A model generated the notes under the pieces. The model saw only the letters and a list, made by a program, of their open reading frames with translations. It was not told the origin of the DNA and did no database searches. From NCBI RefSeq assembly GCF_000143415.4, contig NW_003314262.1:6013531-6077530 (forward strand): a stretch of DNA of 64,000 bases, written 5' to 3'. Below, piece after piece: positions 37,610 to 51,800 of this stretch (the stretch's first letter is position 1; each line of letters starts with the position of its first letter). Origin of the DNA: Selaginella moellendorffii. Lineage: Eukaryota; Plantae; Lycopodiophyta. Made by a program: the position numbers and the translations under genes.

Positions 37610-40600
37610 TTAGATCGTGTAGTGCGGGTTGACGCCGTCGAGATCTAGACCTTTGAGCTTGATCACAGACTCGATATGAGCTTTGAGCGTGTGAGCTTCC
37701 TTGAGCCTGCAAGGAAAGGAAACCATGGTTAGCGAAAGTTGACGTGAAAACCGTATATCAAACCTGGCCATCTCCGCGCGTTTCTTGGCTTGCTCCGCGA
37801 TATCCGATAGCTCCCGGTATCCCATTTTATCCATGAAGCTTCCTCCTCTCTCCGGCGTCTTCTGTAGGCCATGACGTGTTCGCTGCGTTTGCGCCCATTG
37901 TAGCTCTCGCGCCTCTTTGCCGAAGTCTTTCTGCCTCGTAAACGCAATCTGGAATGGCTCTTTGGTAAGCAAAAGAATTGCAGCTCAATTTCACACGTAC
38001 CTTGCGCTCCAGGACCAAGTCCCATACGTGACCGAAGAGAAAGTAGCGGATGGCAAACTTGATAATATCGAGTGGAATATAGAAGACAATGCTGAATAGC
38101 CATATCACCCCGCACCATTTCCAGCCAATCGGGTGGATTTTAGCGAAACCGAGCTGTAAATGAGCAGAGATGATGGTAGCAACCTGCGATTGCATATCAG
38201 CACGGGAATAAACAGAACTCGAGAAACAATTTACCAGTTGAGCGGCGGCGAAAGCCGCTAAGAGCAAGAAACCGGGCCTCTCTACGTATGACCAGCTCCG
38301 AGAGCGAGTAACAAAAATAAGCGCCTGGCTGACAATGCTAACTTGAAGGTAAACTGCCGAGTTCAGCTCCCTGGGCTTGCCCGAGATATCTGAGACGCCA
38401 AAGACGCGCTGAAACAAAAGCGAGCGATCAGTTGGCACTTTTCTACAAACGGAAACGGATGCATTACTTGGAAAAAATTAGTTTCCTGAACGAGGTAGAA
38501 GAACAAAACTGTTATCAATGCCAAATATGTGCCCAGTGTGATCCCGGTTGCAAAAATTTCCTTGAGCTTCCAACTATCTGGGGAAGGAGATGGCTTGACA
38601 CGATCTTTGGATATAGTCATGATAGTGCCTGCACGTTGAGGATAAGTAATGCGAATAACAATGCCACTGAGTTTTTACCATCGTTTAGAATGGCAATGAT
38701 CAAAACCATGAAAGGTGAGAAGTTGAACTTCCAGATTATCGAAAGCAGCGCGAATCCCAGCTACAAGAAAGAGAACCTTCAGATTTCACGAACTTGCTAG
38801 CATACAAACATGAATGACTTACCACTATACGGATAGTGATCGACACGGCATAGATCTACAGAGTACTTGAACAGTTAGAAGCGTAATCGGGAACCACAAC
38901 AGATTCATACCGTATAGTTTTTCATCCTTTGGAATATTGCTCGACTTGTCAACACAGCGCTGATGATCACACTAAGACCCGGTTCTGTCAAAACAATGTC
39001 TGCTGCACTCCTTGCTGCGTCTGTGGAATCTGCAACAGCAATGCCGATATCGGCTTTTTTCAGAGCGGGAGCATCGTTAACTCCATCCCCCGTCATCCCG
39101 ACAATGTGCCTTTTCTCTTGCAGTCGCTTTACGATGATGTACTTGTGCTCTGGAAAACCGTGAGTCAGAGATAAAATGCAAAAACTCTCAGTTACCTGGA
39201 TAGACCCCAGCAAATCCATCAGCGTTTTCAATCAGTTCATCCATTTCCGGGCCAAGCTCCCCCTTATTTTCTCCTAGCAGCGTTTTAGAGGGATGCATAT
39301 TGGTCCCCATGCCCAATCGACGACCGGTTTCAATACCAATCGCCAACTGATCGCCTGCATAACGAGAAAACGAGATGATATGCACGGCGTTGGAAATGCG
39401 CGTACCAGTAATCATCTTGACATTGACACCGAGGTTGAGCGCACGGCGGATGGTGTCAGCACTGTCATGACGAGGTGGATCAAAAAGTGGTAGCACGCCG
39501 CAAAGTGTCCATGGGCCTCCTGGAGAATCCTTGGATTCCTCAGGGACTTCCTGCGATGCCGCTGGATGACTTAAATCTGACGCCTTTTTGTTTGACGTAC
39601 CTGGATAGCCACTGCAAGTGATCGCAGACCGCGCTGAGCAAGTTGCTCAACCACGGTATGGAATCTCTGGGACAATGCTTGTTTGTTGTGTACGAGAGCT
39701 AAGATCTGGCAACAAACTGGTTAAAGTGATCACATATTATAAATGGAAGAGTTTACCTGCTCGGGAGCTCCTTTGCTTGCTCGATACCATTTTCCGTTCT
39801 CTATGTAGGTAATTGCCGTTCGCTTTTCGACGGGATTGAATGGCAAGAAGTGGATCTCTTCGATGTCTTTTCGGGCCTGCATGAAAAATATTAACAAAAA
39901 AAGTTTTGTTCTGAGCTTAATCTCTGCAATTACCTCCGACGGATCACTGAGCATGCCTACAATTGCAGCATCAATAGCATCTTGACATTCTAATCTGGAT
40001 GCTCTTGCTGCAAGCTTCACAACCGTGTCTTGGTCCATGTCCTTCGGAAACACCTGATATAAAATGTTTTAGATGACATCTTCTGTCTAAACATACTGTA
40101 GCCTACCTCAACAAGACTCTTGTCGACAGTAAGCTTGTTCAAAGTAAGAGTGCCCGTTTTATCACTGCAAAGGACGTCCATACCAGCCATTTCCTCTATA
40201 GCTGTCATGCGTTTTGTTATAGCTCCCTGAAAACATGCGAAACTGAATGATAAAAGCCATTCCAAAAGAGTCTTGCCTGCTGGGATAATCTGTGCGAACC
40301 AATCGCCATGGTTACCGAAAGAACCGTCGGCATAGCAATTGGTATTCCACCAATGAGAAGAACCAGTAAATTCTCCATGCCCTGACGATAAGTCTGGTGA
40401 TGAGCCGCCCACATGACGATTCCCTCCACAAATATTCCCACAGCAATAGAGCAAATGCAGAAGTTTCCAATGGACGTCAGGACCTGCGTTTTCAAAACAT
40501 TATAGCTTATAGTTTATGCTGTCGAAATCAATCAAGTCCTACCTTTTGAAAGTGTCCCACATTGTTTGTGCTGTCAACAAGGTGAGCCGCTTTACCCAGG

Positions 40601-41561
40601 AAGCTGTGAACGCCGGTGGAGATGACAACAGCGTTCATCTCTCCTACTTTGCAAGTTGATCCTGAAAGTACTTCATCTCCAGGCCTTTTCGTCACAGGTA
40701 AAGACTCGCCAGTTAAAGCAGACTAATCACAGTGAAACAAATCGTCAGGGGATAATCGCAACTTTCACGTAAGCGACCAAACCTGATCAATCTTCAAGGA
40801 ATCTCCTTCGAGCAGGCGAGCATCTGCAGGGATGATGTCTCCAAGCTTTATGGCTATGATGTCACCAGGAGTTAAGAACTTCGCTTCCATTTCTTTCCAT
40901 TTCCCGTCCCTTAGAGCCTGCGCATGCACGAGTGACAATCCTTGGGACAAAACAAGTCGCTAGCAGACCTTGCACTGAGGAGCCAACCGTGCCATCAAAG
41001 CAGCCGCAGCGTTTCCGGCATTGTTTTCTTCAAAGAAACTTATCGTGGAGTTCACCAAAAGAAGAATAATTATCCCAATGAAGTCTGGATAATCGGGGGG
41101 ATCTCCCTGCGCACAAACGAATGAAACAGAATGAAACAATGAAACAAAGAGAAAACTTCTTACACTGCCGTCATTGAGCATGACAATAGCTATGATCGCT
41201 GCAGCTTCCATCACCCATGACAAAGGATTCCACATAAAGCCGAGGAACTTGAGAAACTTGTTTTCCTGGATTCCAAAACCATACACTATATCATGTCAAG
41301 CTACTTTGTTTATTGTAGAAAAAGAGCATGAAGATCATACCTTCGTCTCCTCTAGCTTGTTATACCCGAAAATCTTGAGCCGCTCTTCGGCCTCCTCCTC
41401 CGTGAGGCCATTCTCGGTGCACCGCAGCTGCTCGAAAACCTCCTCAACTGGAGCCCCTTTCTGGAAATCCAGCGTTAGATTCTGCAAGAAAAGGCACCAA
41501 AACGTCCTACAAGATGGTGGGTGTCGATGGCCAGGCCATTCCCGGCTCCAGCGCCTTCCAT
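37610..41561 (-). CDS. AHA: P3A-type plasma-membrane H+-ATPase (many short introns)
   Basis: [59 protein letters not shown]; C-terminal HYTI with a penultimate Thr. Confidence 0.97.
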
Positions 41562-41721
41562 TTCTCCTTGGCGACTTCGCTCGATCGCAAGCCTGCCAAG
41601 CCTGGAATGAAAGAAAACCTCGCAAGGACTAGAAGATCAACCAGCTGGAGCCTAGCAGCTAAACCTTGTCCTGGCTCACGATCGACGGAGATCGCGACGC
41701 TCACGGCTCCGGCTCACCGCA

Positions 41722-41858
41722 AAACCCTAGAACCTGGGAAAAGGACAAGGTTTAGGCGCCATAAACGGCATATTCCTTGGCACGAAAATTTCGAAGAGGC
41801 AAAAATACTAGAGGTCGAGGTTTCGAAACGCGGGAACGTTTTCTAAGCACTAGGGTTT
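41722..41858. promoter_or_regulatory. Two opposed telo-boxes in the short divergent AHA/CSN4 intergenic region
   Basis: AAACCCTA at 41722-41729 and TAGGGTTT at 41851-41858; the two ATGs are only ~310 bp apart. Confidence 0.5.
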
Positions 41859-41872
41859 TTGGCCTTTGGGCG

Positions 41873-43809
41873 ATGGGCGATATCAGGAGCGCGCTCCAGG
41901 TCGCCGCGGGGATTGGCGATCAGAAGCAGAAGGTCGATCAGTACAAGGCGATTCTCTCCACGATAATCGCGACGAATCATGTGGAGCACGCCATGGCCTT
42001 CGTCAATCACAGTGAGTTTTGTTGTGTGGAAGAATTCGGGAAGGTATTGAGCTCGCATTTGCTGCCGCAGTGGTCTCCGACGAGGTTCCGCTGGTAATCT
42101 CGCGCCAGGTGCTGCAAACTTTCGCGCAGGATCTTGGGAAGCTGGAAGCCGAGGCGCACAAGCAAATTGCGCAGTACGCTCTCGCGCAGATTCAACCCCG
42201 CGTTGTTTCTTTCGAAGAACAGGTTGGAGTCTTTCTTCTTTGGCCTTGAAAGTTTTTCTTTCCTATGTATCAAGTTTTTCTGTGCTGTATCTAGGTGTGC
42301 CTCATTCGAGAAAGGCTAGCGGAGCTCTATGAGATCGAAGAAGAATGGACGAAATCGGCACAAATGCTTAGCGGCATTGACTTGGACACTGGAATCCGGT
42401 TTGTATCTTGTTTGATCTTGTACTTCTTTTCTTGAGGAGATCGGGTTTAAGGTGATTGACTTTCAGTGCCGGGGACGAAAGCTACAAGCTAACAAAATGC
42501 GTGAAAATTGCTCTGCTGTACTTGGAGGTACGAGAACTATAGTTTGCACTGTGTTTTCATCCGTTTGTCCAGGATGATGATGCGACAAATGCCGAGGTGT
42601 ACATAAAGAAAGCCTCTTTCATGGTGAATGGCTGCAAGGATGAAGCTGTTATTTTACAGTACAAGGTTATTTCCTTCGCTGTTTTCTTGGTATATGAGCT
42701 GACCTCCGTCCTTTATAAATATTTAGGTGTGCTATGCGCGTATTCTTGATTCAAAAAGGAAGTTCCTGGAGGCCGCACTAAGATACTACGAAATGTCGCA
42801 ACTTGAAAAGAGAGAAATTGGGGGCCGGTAAGTTTTTGATTTGTATATTCTACATTGTGTGTATTTGATATTTTGGACAGCATTGTCGATGAAGAGGAAC
42901 TCCAGCAAGCTCTCACAGCAGCGGTGACGTGTACTATCTTGGCTGCTGCAGGTCCTCAGAGGTCGAGAGTTCTCGCAACCCTTTACAAGGTATGCGAGCC
43001 GCTTTCTTTTTTCTTCTCAAAACTGTAAATCCATTTGTGTTTATTAGGACGAAAGGTGTTCGAAGCTAAAGATCTATCCGATTTTGCAAAAGGTGTCGTA
43101 ATACTATTGTCTTGTCGTGGTTCTGATGGAAACGTCATATTTTTGTCAGGTTTACCTGGAAAGAATTCTTAGAAAACCCGAAGTCGACGCGTTCGCAGAA
43201 GAGCTGAAGCCACATCAGGTAGGTGTTCATGTTAAAAAAAAGACGAGTGCGAGTGTTTTCCTTTTTATGCTGCAGAAAGCTTTGCTTCCAGACAGTTCGA
43301 CGGTTTTGGATCGAGCTATGATTGAACATAATCTTTTAAGCGCAAGCAAGCTGTACACAAACATCAGGTAAATATACTGTTTTCACTCAGGGCACTGATT
43401 GAAAAGTGTTTCCAGTTTCGAGGAGCTGGGAGCATTGCTAGGCATTGCCCCTGACAAGGTAACCAGTTCTTTTTTTGTCGCTCCTAGTGTTTGAGGTATT
43501 CGTGCAGGCTGAAAAGATTGCGGCGAGAATGATCTCGGAAGATCGTATGCGCGGATCCATTGACCAGGTTCATGTCAAGCAAACTCCTTCTTGCGTTTCT
43601 AACTCTTGTCCGATTCTAAAGGTCGAGGCTGTGATCCATTTCGACAACGACATTGAGGAGCTGCAGCAATGGGATCAACAGGTAAGCCTCTTTCCATTTA
43701 CAAAACGCATAAGCGCAAGGAACTGTTATTGCAGATCGTGAGCGTTTGCCAGTCGCTCAACGACGTTCTCGACAGCATGATGAAGAAAGGAATACCCGTG
43801 GCTGTATGA
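41873..43809 (+). CDS. CSN4: COP9 signalosome subunit 4 (multi-exon)
   Basis: [81 protein letters not shown]. Confidence 0.96.
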
Positions 43810-44200
43810 TCTTAGTCGTCGGAAGCAAGTAGAAATTCCTCGCACTCAGGTCGTCGTCCATTTTTCGACACTTTTTTGGTTTGTTTAAGCAAACCTGTGG
43901 GATGGTAATGAATATACCTAAAATATAGTTGAATATTTTAGGATATTCTACCATTTTACTGTTATTATTTTATTTAGATTAATTTTGTATTTATAATTTA
44001 TAAATTTTCTTAAACCCTTTCTAGCATATTCTTTTTTATTCTAATAAGATTAATCTTAGTGTTTATAAATTATAAATATGCTTATAATTCTAAATTATAT
44101 CTAATCAGTTAAATTAATAAGTAAGAATAACATTATTATTAACCAACGTTACAGTTTTAAAACCTACTTCCGGACGAATGCTTTTACCCTTATTCCATCG

Positions 44201-45652
44201 ATGGATTATTTCTCGCTAGGGCAAAATAGTGCCCCCAAGCCCAGAAGGTATGCGGCTCCTCCTCCCCATCCATTTCCTCCTCCCCCTCCTCCTCCTCCTC
44301 CTCCTCCTCTCTCGCTGCCCAACGAGGCCACACAAGGGAAGAAGAAGAAGCCCGGCGCTAGAACCTGGATGAGATTCGACTCCCGTGGCGTATGCGAGCT
44401 CCTGGAATGCGATCGCCAGACGATCATGAGCCGCGCGGACATCCCAGCTCGTGATCTTCGGATCCTCGGCCCGGTTTTCTCGCATTCTTCCAACATTCTA
44501 GGTGAGCATCACTGGAGTACTTCTCTCTTTTGTTTTGATGCATCGCTTTTCCAGCTCGCGAGAAGGCCATGGTGATCAACCTGGAGTTCATCAAGGCGGT
44601 GATCACAGCCGAGGAGGTTTTCATTCTGGATCCCCGGAATTCTCTGGTGGCTCCATTCGTGGACCAACTCACGCAGCAGCTGGCTCTGGATCAGGGAGCT
44701 GGATCTTCCGGCGACGCGGTAGCAGCAGGAGCAGCAGCAGGGACGATGATCGATCCGCGAGGGCCTCTCTGGATGAGAGTGGAGGAAGAGTCTGGCGATG
44801 CGCTGCCGTTCGAGTTCCAGGTTTTGGAGAGCGCCCTCGAGTTTGTGTGTAGCTACCTGGACGCAAAGGTGACGGATCTTGAGCACATTGCCTATCCTGC
44901 TTTGGACGAGCTCACTAGAAATGTCAGCACAGGTAACCTCGAGCACGTCCGCAGCCTCAAGAGCACTCTCACTCACATCACTGCTCGAGTGCAAAAGGCA
45001 AGCAATCGCAAAGACAAAGATTTCTCTTCGACTAACAAGCTTACTCGCTCGTTTCACAGGTTCGTGATGAAGTCGAGCACTTGCTCGACGACGACGAAGA
45101 CATGGCCGACATGTATCTCTCGCGCAAGATGGCTTTGCAGCAGCAGCTGGAAGCGTTGCCTCTGGACGACGAGGCCAGCAGCTTGATCATGCCCCACCCG
45201 AGCACTCGGACTGCGACCAGCGTCGCGCTGGGGACTCTGGCGGATGGCAACGACGTCGAAGATCTGGAGATGCTGCTCGAGACGTGCTTCTTGCAGATCG
45301 ATGGAACTCGCAACAGGCTCGTCACTGTAAGTTGCAAGGATAGTTTTCTTTCTTCTTTCTCTTATGCCTCTCTCTGCAGCTTCGGGAGTATATCGATGAC
45401 ACTGAAGACTATATCAACATCCAGCTCGACAACCACAGGAACGAGATGATCCAACTCCAGCTCGTTTTGATCATTGGCGGCTTCGTGATCAGCCTAGCAA
45501 CGGCAGTGGCTGGAGTTTTCGGGATGAACATACCATATGGGATCAATGACGAGAGCGCCTTCTTCATGACAACCGCAGGGACTCTCGCCGCGAGCACCAT
45601 CATCTTCTTTCTCGTCTATGGCTACGCCAGATGGAAAGAGCTGCTCGCCTAA
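44201..45652 (+). CDS. MRS2: MRS2/CorA-type Mg2+ transporter (4 exons)
   Basis: [66 protein letters not shown]. Confidence 0.96.
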
Positions 45653-45785
45653 GAAGAATGAAACCAAACTACAGCGCTACGTTTGGATTTTCTTGCGGGA
45701 AAAAAGAGACCTCTCTTTCAGGACAAGATCCAGCAAGACTATCCACCTTATTTTCTCAATGATGTAAGCTAAAGGAAGAAGGATC

Positions 45786-47092
45786 TCACATAGAAGCCAG
45801 TTGCTGGATGTTGGTGGGATAGATGCTGGTAGTGGATCCATTCCAGAGGAAATCAGCGAGGATGTTGTAAACTTTAGCAGTGGGATAGATTTGATCCCGA
45901 TAAGCATAGTGCTTTGGATCAGAACAAGAGGGAAGATTGTAAGTGCAAAAGGATGGAGGATAGTTTGTGTTGTTCTGATAATTTGGGGAGCAGGTGATTG
46001 TGTATTCAATAACACCATTGTGTTAGAGTGCTCAATTGGGGCTCTTAGGGCACTGAGCAAATTCTAGAATGCATATTGACCAATCTCTACCTTAGAATCG
46101 AGAATGCCAGTGGCACACCAATAACAAGGGTTTGATCTAGTGGAGTAGAATCTCACAGCAAGGAAATCCTCCAATAACCTAATATTTATCTAATATTTTA
46201 AACAGTTTCATTGTAATATAAGCAAGAGAATTAGGATTGACTTATCAAAGAGTCTCTAAATAAAATAGAATGCAGTAATCTTATGAGTGGACATATTTTA
46301 GAAGAAAATACATCAATGTTCGCAGTAATAATTATATTCAGAACACCGAAGCAAAGATAAATTTCCCTCCCTATGCCCGAAAATTACAAATGGATTTGTG
46401 CTACCATATTTAATAGTGTTTGGGCAAACTAAAAGCTTTATTTATTTTTCAAAAAGCTTCTTGTCTTATGCTTATCACCCAAAAAAAGGCTTATTAGAAG
46501 GTGTAAATTATGTATTAGATTATATGATTTCACTAGATATGAGTACATCAGATTCATTTTCTTGGGTTTGATTAATCAGCCACCAGATCCAACCACAAGA
46601 TACCCTCAAACCATGCCTTTACAACTCCAATATTTTATAAATGACAAGAGTAATCTCTTAAATACAACACTTAACGTCATCAACAAAGCATTCTTCTACA
46701 TATAGTTTAAGATATTATCACTTATTTTGCTCTATTTTCACTAGTCCAAAGTACTCCTTGTGTTTGAGTTTTATTATAAACAACTAAAGGTACCATTAAT
46801 ATACCAGTTTATTATACTAAGGTCATATCTATTTGCACTTTTGCCATAAGTAATCCAAGACCAAACCATCCAGTTTGTGAGTGGTTATCCTATAACCACT
46901 TTTTAGAATCTATAGCATGCCCAAGGTATAAGGAGCATTAACAGTGAGAGAAGCTAAATTATATTTGGATTTGACTGTCATAAATTTGCATGGTGCAATT
47001 GACCTGATCTCTTCTGACATTGTTTGTATTGATCCAAACTCAAAGGCTACCAAAAAAGTGGCCAATACAAATGTCAATCCATAATTATTCAT
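45786..47092 (-). pseudogene. GDSL esterase/lipase pseudogene
   Basis: A frame absent from the ORF track gives CSDPKHYAYRDQIYPTAKVYNILADFLWNGS...YPTNIQQLA*, a decayed block V (WD..HPT). Upstream are a signal-like N-terminus and NAPY..G / DG.VLDYL relics, with stops and frameshifts. Confidence 0.7.
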
Positions 47093-48877
47093 TACAATAT
47101 AATTAACGAGGTCTAAGTGTATGGCTATGGTGTGGTGAGTGGGATTTTGATAAAATTGGTTTTAATTTGGACAACTTGCATTTATATATAAACTAGGGTT
47201 TTTGAAGTTATATTTTTTATTTAAATTTAGCTTTTGTATTGTTTAAATCTCTTTTGTTCCTATAATTTTTTCATATCTTCTTTTTTTTTCTTTTTATCTC
47301 TAAAATTAAATAATCAAACTCAATTGATGGTCATGGTGTAACTCTTTTTACTTTTAGTGGCAATCTTTGTGTCAAACTAAATTTCTTTTGTGGAAATATT
47401 AAGAATGATATGTACTATTGGTTCAATCACTTTAAAGTGATTGACACATATCATTCTTAGTATGATGCTTGATGTTTGTACAAGTTTTCAACATCTTTAA
47501 GGGATGGTATTACAATAATATAATGATTTAAGTGCAATGATTTATGTGGATTAAAGTTTTTTTTAGATGTTTTTAAGTGCATATTTGGAGATGTTAACAA
47601 TTGTAACAATGTTTTCTAACAATTGCATTGTTTCTATTAGAGGCTATGCAATTTGAAGCTTGATACTATCATTTATTTGTGACTAACTTAGATATATATT
47701 ATTTTCCTCACACTACCAATCTTCTAGATAGTTTAGGAAGACATATAAGTATTTGAGAAAATTTACTCTTGACACCATTTGATTAAGGAGGCAATATCTA
47801 ATAATAGTTATAAATATATTAATAAGAGCATTACGAGTCAGATAGTTAGAAGCAATAATGACATATTCATTGCTAACAATTTACTATGGCAAAAGTCTCA
47901 TTAAATCAAATGCCACTAATTTAAATAGACAAAAAATTACAATTGAAACTAGTCATCATGAAGAGGAGTATACAAGCTTAGCACTAAACACAACTATGTA
48001 TATATTAGATAATATCACATCACATCTTTAGTAAAAAAAAAAAGGCTTATATAACTTCTCAATCACACAATGATGTTCTATATGCCCTCATAGAATAAGA
48101 GAGTCATGATAAATATAAAGAAAGTATGGAATAAAAATTGAAGGCACCACTTGCTGCAAATAATCATCAGGATTAGTCTCTATAACATAAACAAAGTTGT
48201 ACTCAAAGTAATATTAATCAGTAAGTAATACAAGATTCTCAAATCAATTCTAAGATTTTCAAATCTATGACTTAACTTTTGAGTCTTTCAAACCTCATCA
48301 AGACAAATAAATCTAGTTTTACACCTTATGGACATTAAATATTTAGTACTATTATTAGCACAAAATCCTTATTTAAAAAATCTAATAACTAGAATAATAG
48401 GCTTGTTAAGAACATAAGAAGAGAGTGAAGAAGCAAAACGAGGTTGAAAAAAAATATCAAAATCAGTTATAGAACTTTTTGGGTGATGAATAATTTTCAA
48501 GTTATTGTCAAGACCCCTGACAAGATCAAGATTGGAAAATGCAAAAAGACAAAGAGAAAAGCTAGTGGAAACAAAAAAGAGGCCTTAGACTGGCGTTGAT
48601 TTAGATTGTGGAGAAATGGAACAAGGCTAACCTATATATACTATAGGTTGATGAAGCTCCACCACTCTTGGATCGAGGACGGCCTAAATATAGCTGAGGT
48701 CGAGGAGGCGCCACATCATCATCAGGAATGTGGCTCGAGACTCAGGAATCGGGAAGTGTCTCGAGAGTCAGGAATAGGGAAGTGTCTCGAGAGTCAGGAA
48801 TGTGGTTTGCAGGTCAGGAATCCGGCGAGAGTCAAGAATGTGGCAAGAATTGGGGGATTCCTGATAGCACCCCCTCC

Positions 48878-51800
48878 TCAAGAACGAGTGGAACGAGGAT
48901 GTGAACGAGAACGAAGAGGAGGATGAGATGAGCGGCAAGGGATGGGAGATGGAGAAAAAGAATGAGGACTGGGACGAAAAGGATAGCAGCGGTGGAAGTC
49001 CTGAACAAGGTCAGGAGAATGAATCAGGTTGTCCGCAGGTTCCCAAGTGCGTTCCTCAGGTCCGTAACCCTTCCAGTCCACCAGATAGTAGAGTTTAGAC
49101 CGTGAAATCTTGGAATCAAGGATGTTCTGAACCTCATACTCAGACCCATCCTCGAGCTGCACTGGTGGAGGCGGAGGAATGACCCGATTTGGAATAGGAC
49201 TGGGAATATAAGGCTCAAGGAGAGAGGAGTGAAAAACGGGGTGAATTTGATATGAGGAGGGAAGTGCAAGGCGATAAGTGACAGGATTAATGATGGCAGT
49301 GATAGGGAAAGGACCAAGGCATTTGAAATCAAGTTTTGGACAGGGCCTGGTGGTGGAGATATTTCGCCTGAGGAGCCAGACTTTATCCCCGATATTGTAA
49401 GGGGGACAATCCTGACGATGGACATTGGCAAATGTTTTATGAGATTCCTGAGCACGATGGAGGTGGAAGGAGATGGAGTTGTGGATATCTTGGAGGTTGG
49501 AGATAAATGCCTCAGAGCGGGGATTTGAACGAGAGGATTCAGATGGAGAAGGAAGTGAGAGATTGAATTGGGGATTTCGGCCAGAGTTTGCAAAGAAGGG
49601 GGAAACTCGAAGAGAGGAGTGAACAGAGTTGTTATAGGAGAACTCAGCAAGAGGAAGGATATCGAACCAGTTATCCTGATGATAGTTTATGAAGCACCTC
49701 AAGAATTGTTCCAACGTCTGAATCGTTCGCTCGGACTGCCCATCAGTTTGAGGATGATATGCCGAAGAGAGGTTGGCCTTCACTCCAAGCAGCTGCAAAA
49801 ACCGTTGCTAGAAATGAGAGATGAACTGAGGCCCCCGATCCGAAACCACATCTGTAGGAATCCCATGAAGTCGGAAAATTTCCCTGAATACCAGTTTTGC
49901 CATGTCCTCGCCTGAAAACTCCTTGGTACATGGCAAGAAGTGCGCCATCTTTGTGAAGCGATCGACCACGACTAAAATGCTGTTGAAGCCTCCAGAACTT
50001 GGAAGATCACTCAAGAAATCCATGGAGATGGATTCCCAAGGACCTGAAGGGACCGGAAGGGAACGAAGCAAACCTGAAGGAAGGTGGCAAGGTACCTTAT
50101 TCCGGGCACAAGTGTCACAGGAGGTAACAAAAGCTTTGATGTAGTCATCCATGTGAGGCCACCAAAAGTCCCGTGCAACTAGCTCATAGGTTTTCGCAAT
50201 GCCGAAGTGACCAGCAGTCGGGCTATCGTGGCACGCCATCAGGACCAACCTTCGAGCATCACCTTCAGGAACGTAAAGTTGCTCCCCACGGTACAATAAA
50301 CCATCTAAGAACTCAAACTCGTCAAATCGCCGGCAGTCGGGAGTCACTGGGTGTCCAGCCTGAAGATGGGGAAAAATGTCGCTAGCGAGATCATCTGATT
50401 GAAGATCGTTTCTGATTGCATCCATCAAGGAGGAGTCTTGAGGGGCCAGGGAAATTGCCATAACTTGAAGCCGATCAGGACCGAGGATAACTTGATCCTG
50501 TTGATCGAAGGCAGGATTACCAGGCCTGAGACTGAGATAGGAGCGCCTTGAAAGAGCATCAGAAAGGCCTTGAAACTTTCCAGGTCTGTACTTGATAACA
50601 AAGTCAAACCGACTTAGGAATTGTGCCCACCTTGCTTGACGACGGCTTAAAACTCGGGAAGTGGCAAAGTACTCGAGATTTTTGTGATCTTTCCAGACTG
50701 CTGTTTGATGGCTCGCCCCCTCCAAGAAACGGCGCCACTCTCCAAAGGAATCCACGATGGCAAGGAGCTCCTTGTCGTGGATTTTGTAATTGATCTCCGC
50801 AGGCTGGAATTTCCGAGAATGGAAAGCAACCGGATGAAGTTCGTGATCCACTCCGAGTTGAGACAGCATAGCACCAATGGCAAAGTCGGAGACATCAGCC
50901 TCGATGAAGAAAGGTTGTGAGGAATCAGCATGGATCAAGACAGGAGCAGAACTGAAGGCCGCCTTGAGTGTGTCGAAGGCCTGCTGGGCAGCAACAGACC
51001 AAGAGAAGGGAACATCCTTGTGAGTGAGATGTGTGAGAGGAAGGACAATGTCAGAGTAGTGATCAATGAATTTGCGGTAGAAGTTGGCGAAGCCAAGGAA
51101 AACCTGAACGTCTGACATTGATTGTGGAGGCTCCCATTCGAGAATAGTCTTGACTTTGGTAGGATCCATCGTGATACCCTCAGGAGTGACAATGTACCCA
51201 AGGAACTCCACAGACTGCTGATCAAAGGAACATTTCTCAAGCTTCGCGTATAGGCCGTGTTCTCGCAGCTTCGCTAGCACCTTGCGTACATGTTCATCAT
51301 GCTCCTCCTGAGTTTTTGAGTAGATGAGGATGTCATCGAGGTAGACGATCACCATCTGATCAAGAAACTCCCGAAAAACGTCGTTCGCCATGTGTTGGAA
51401 AACTACTGGATCATTTGTCAAGCCAAATGGCATGACAGTGTACTCGAAGTGGCCATAGCGGGTTCGGAACGCAGTCTTCCATTCATCACCAGGCCGGATC
51501 CGGATCAGGTTGTATGCTCCACGGAGGTCGATCTTGGTGAAGAAGCGGGCACCGCCGAGACGTTCCAACAGGTCCGAGATCAAGGGCAGCGGATAACGGT
51601 TCCGAACAATCACCTTGTTCAAACCTCGGTAGTCGATGACTAGCCGCAAGCTCCCATCCTTCTTCTTGACAAAGAAGACAGGCACTCCAGCCGGGGACTG
51701 CGAATGCTGAATGTAGCCCGAGGCAAGGTTCTCATCCACGTACTCTTTGAGGGCCTTAAGCTCAGACGGGGATAACCCATAGATAGGCCCCCACGGAGGT

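Noticed and set aside
43900-44170. Abrupt AT-rich block between CSN4 and MRS2
   Set aside because: Could be a small TE, but no TIR, TSD or Helitron end was identifiable.
45677-46067. Track ORFs 45677-46060 and 45801-46067
   Set aside because: The real homology (GDSL C-terminus) is in a different minus-strand frame.
48720-48850. Short repeats with variable spacing (TCAGGAAT)
   Set aside because: Not a CRISPR array; these are tandem units within the LTR U3, duplicated at ~53895-54025.
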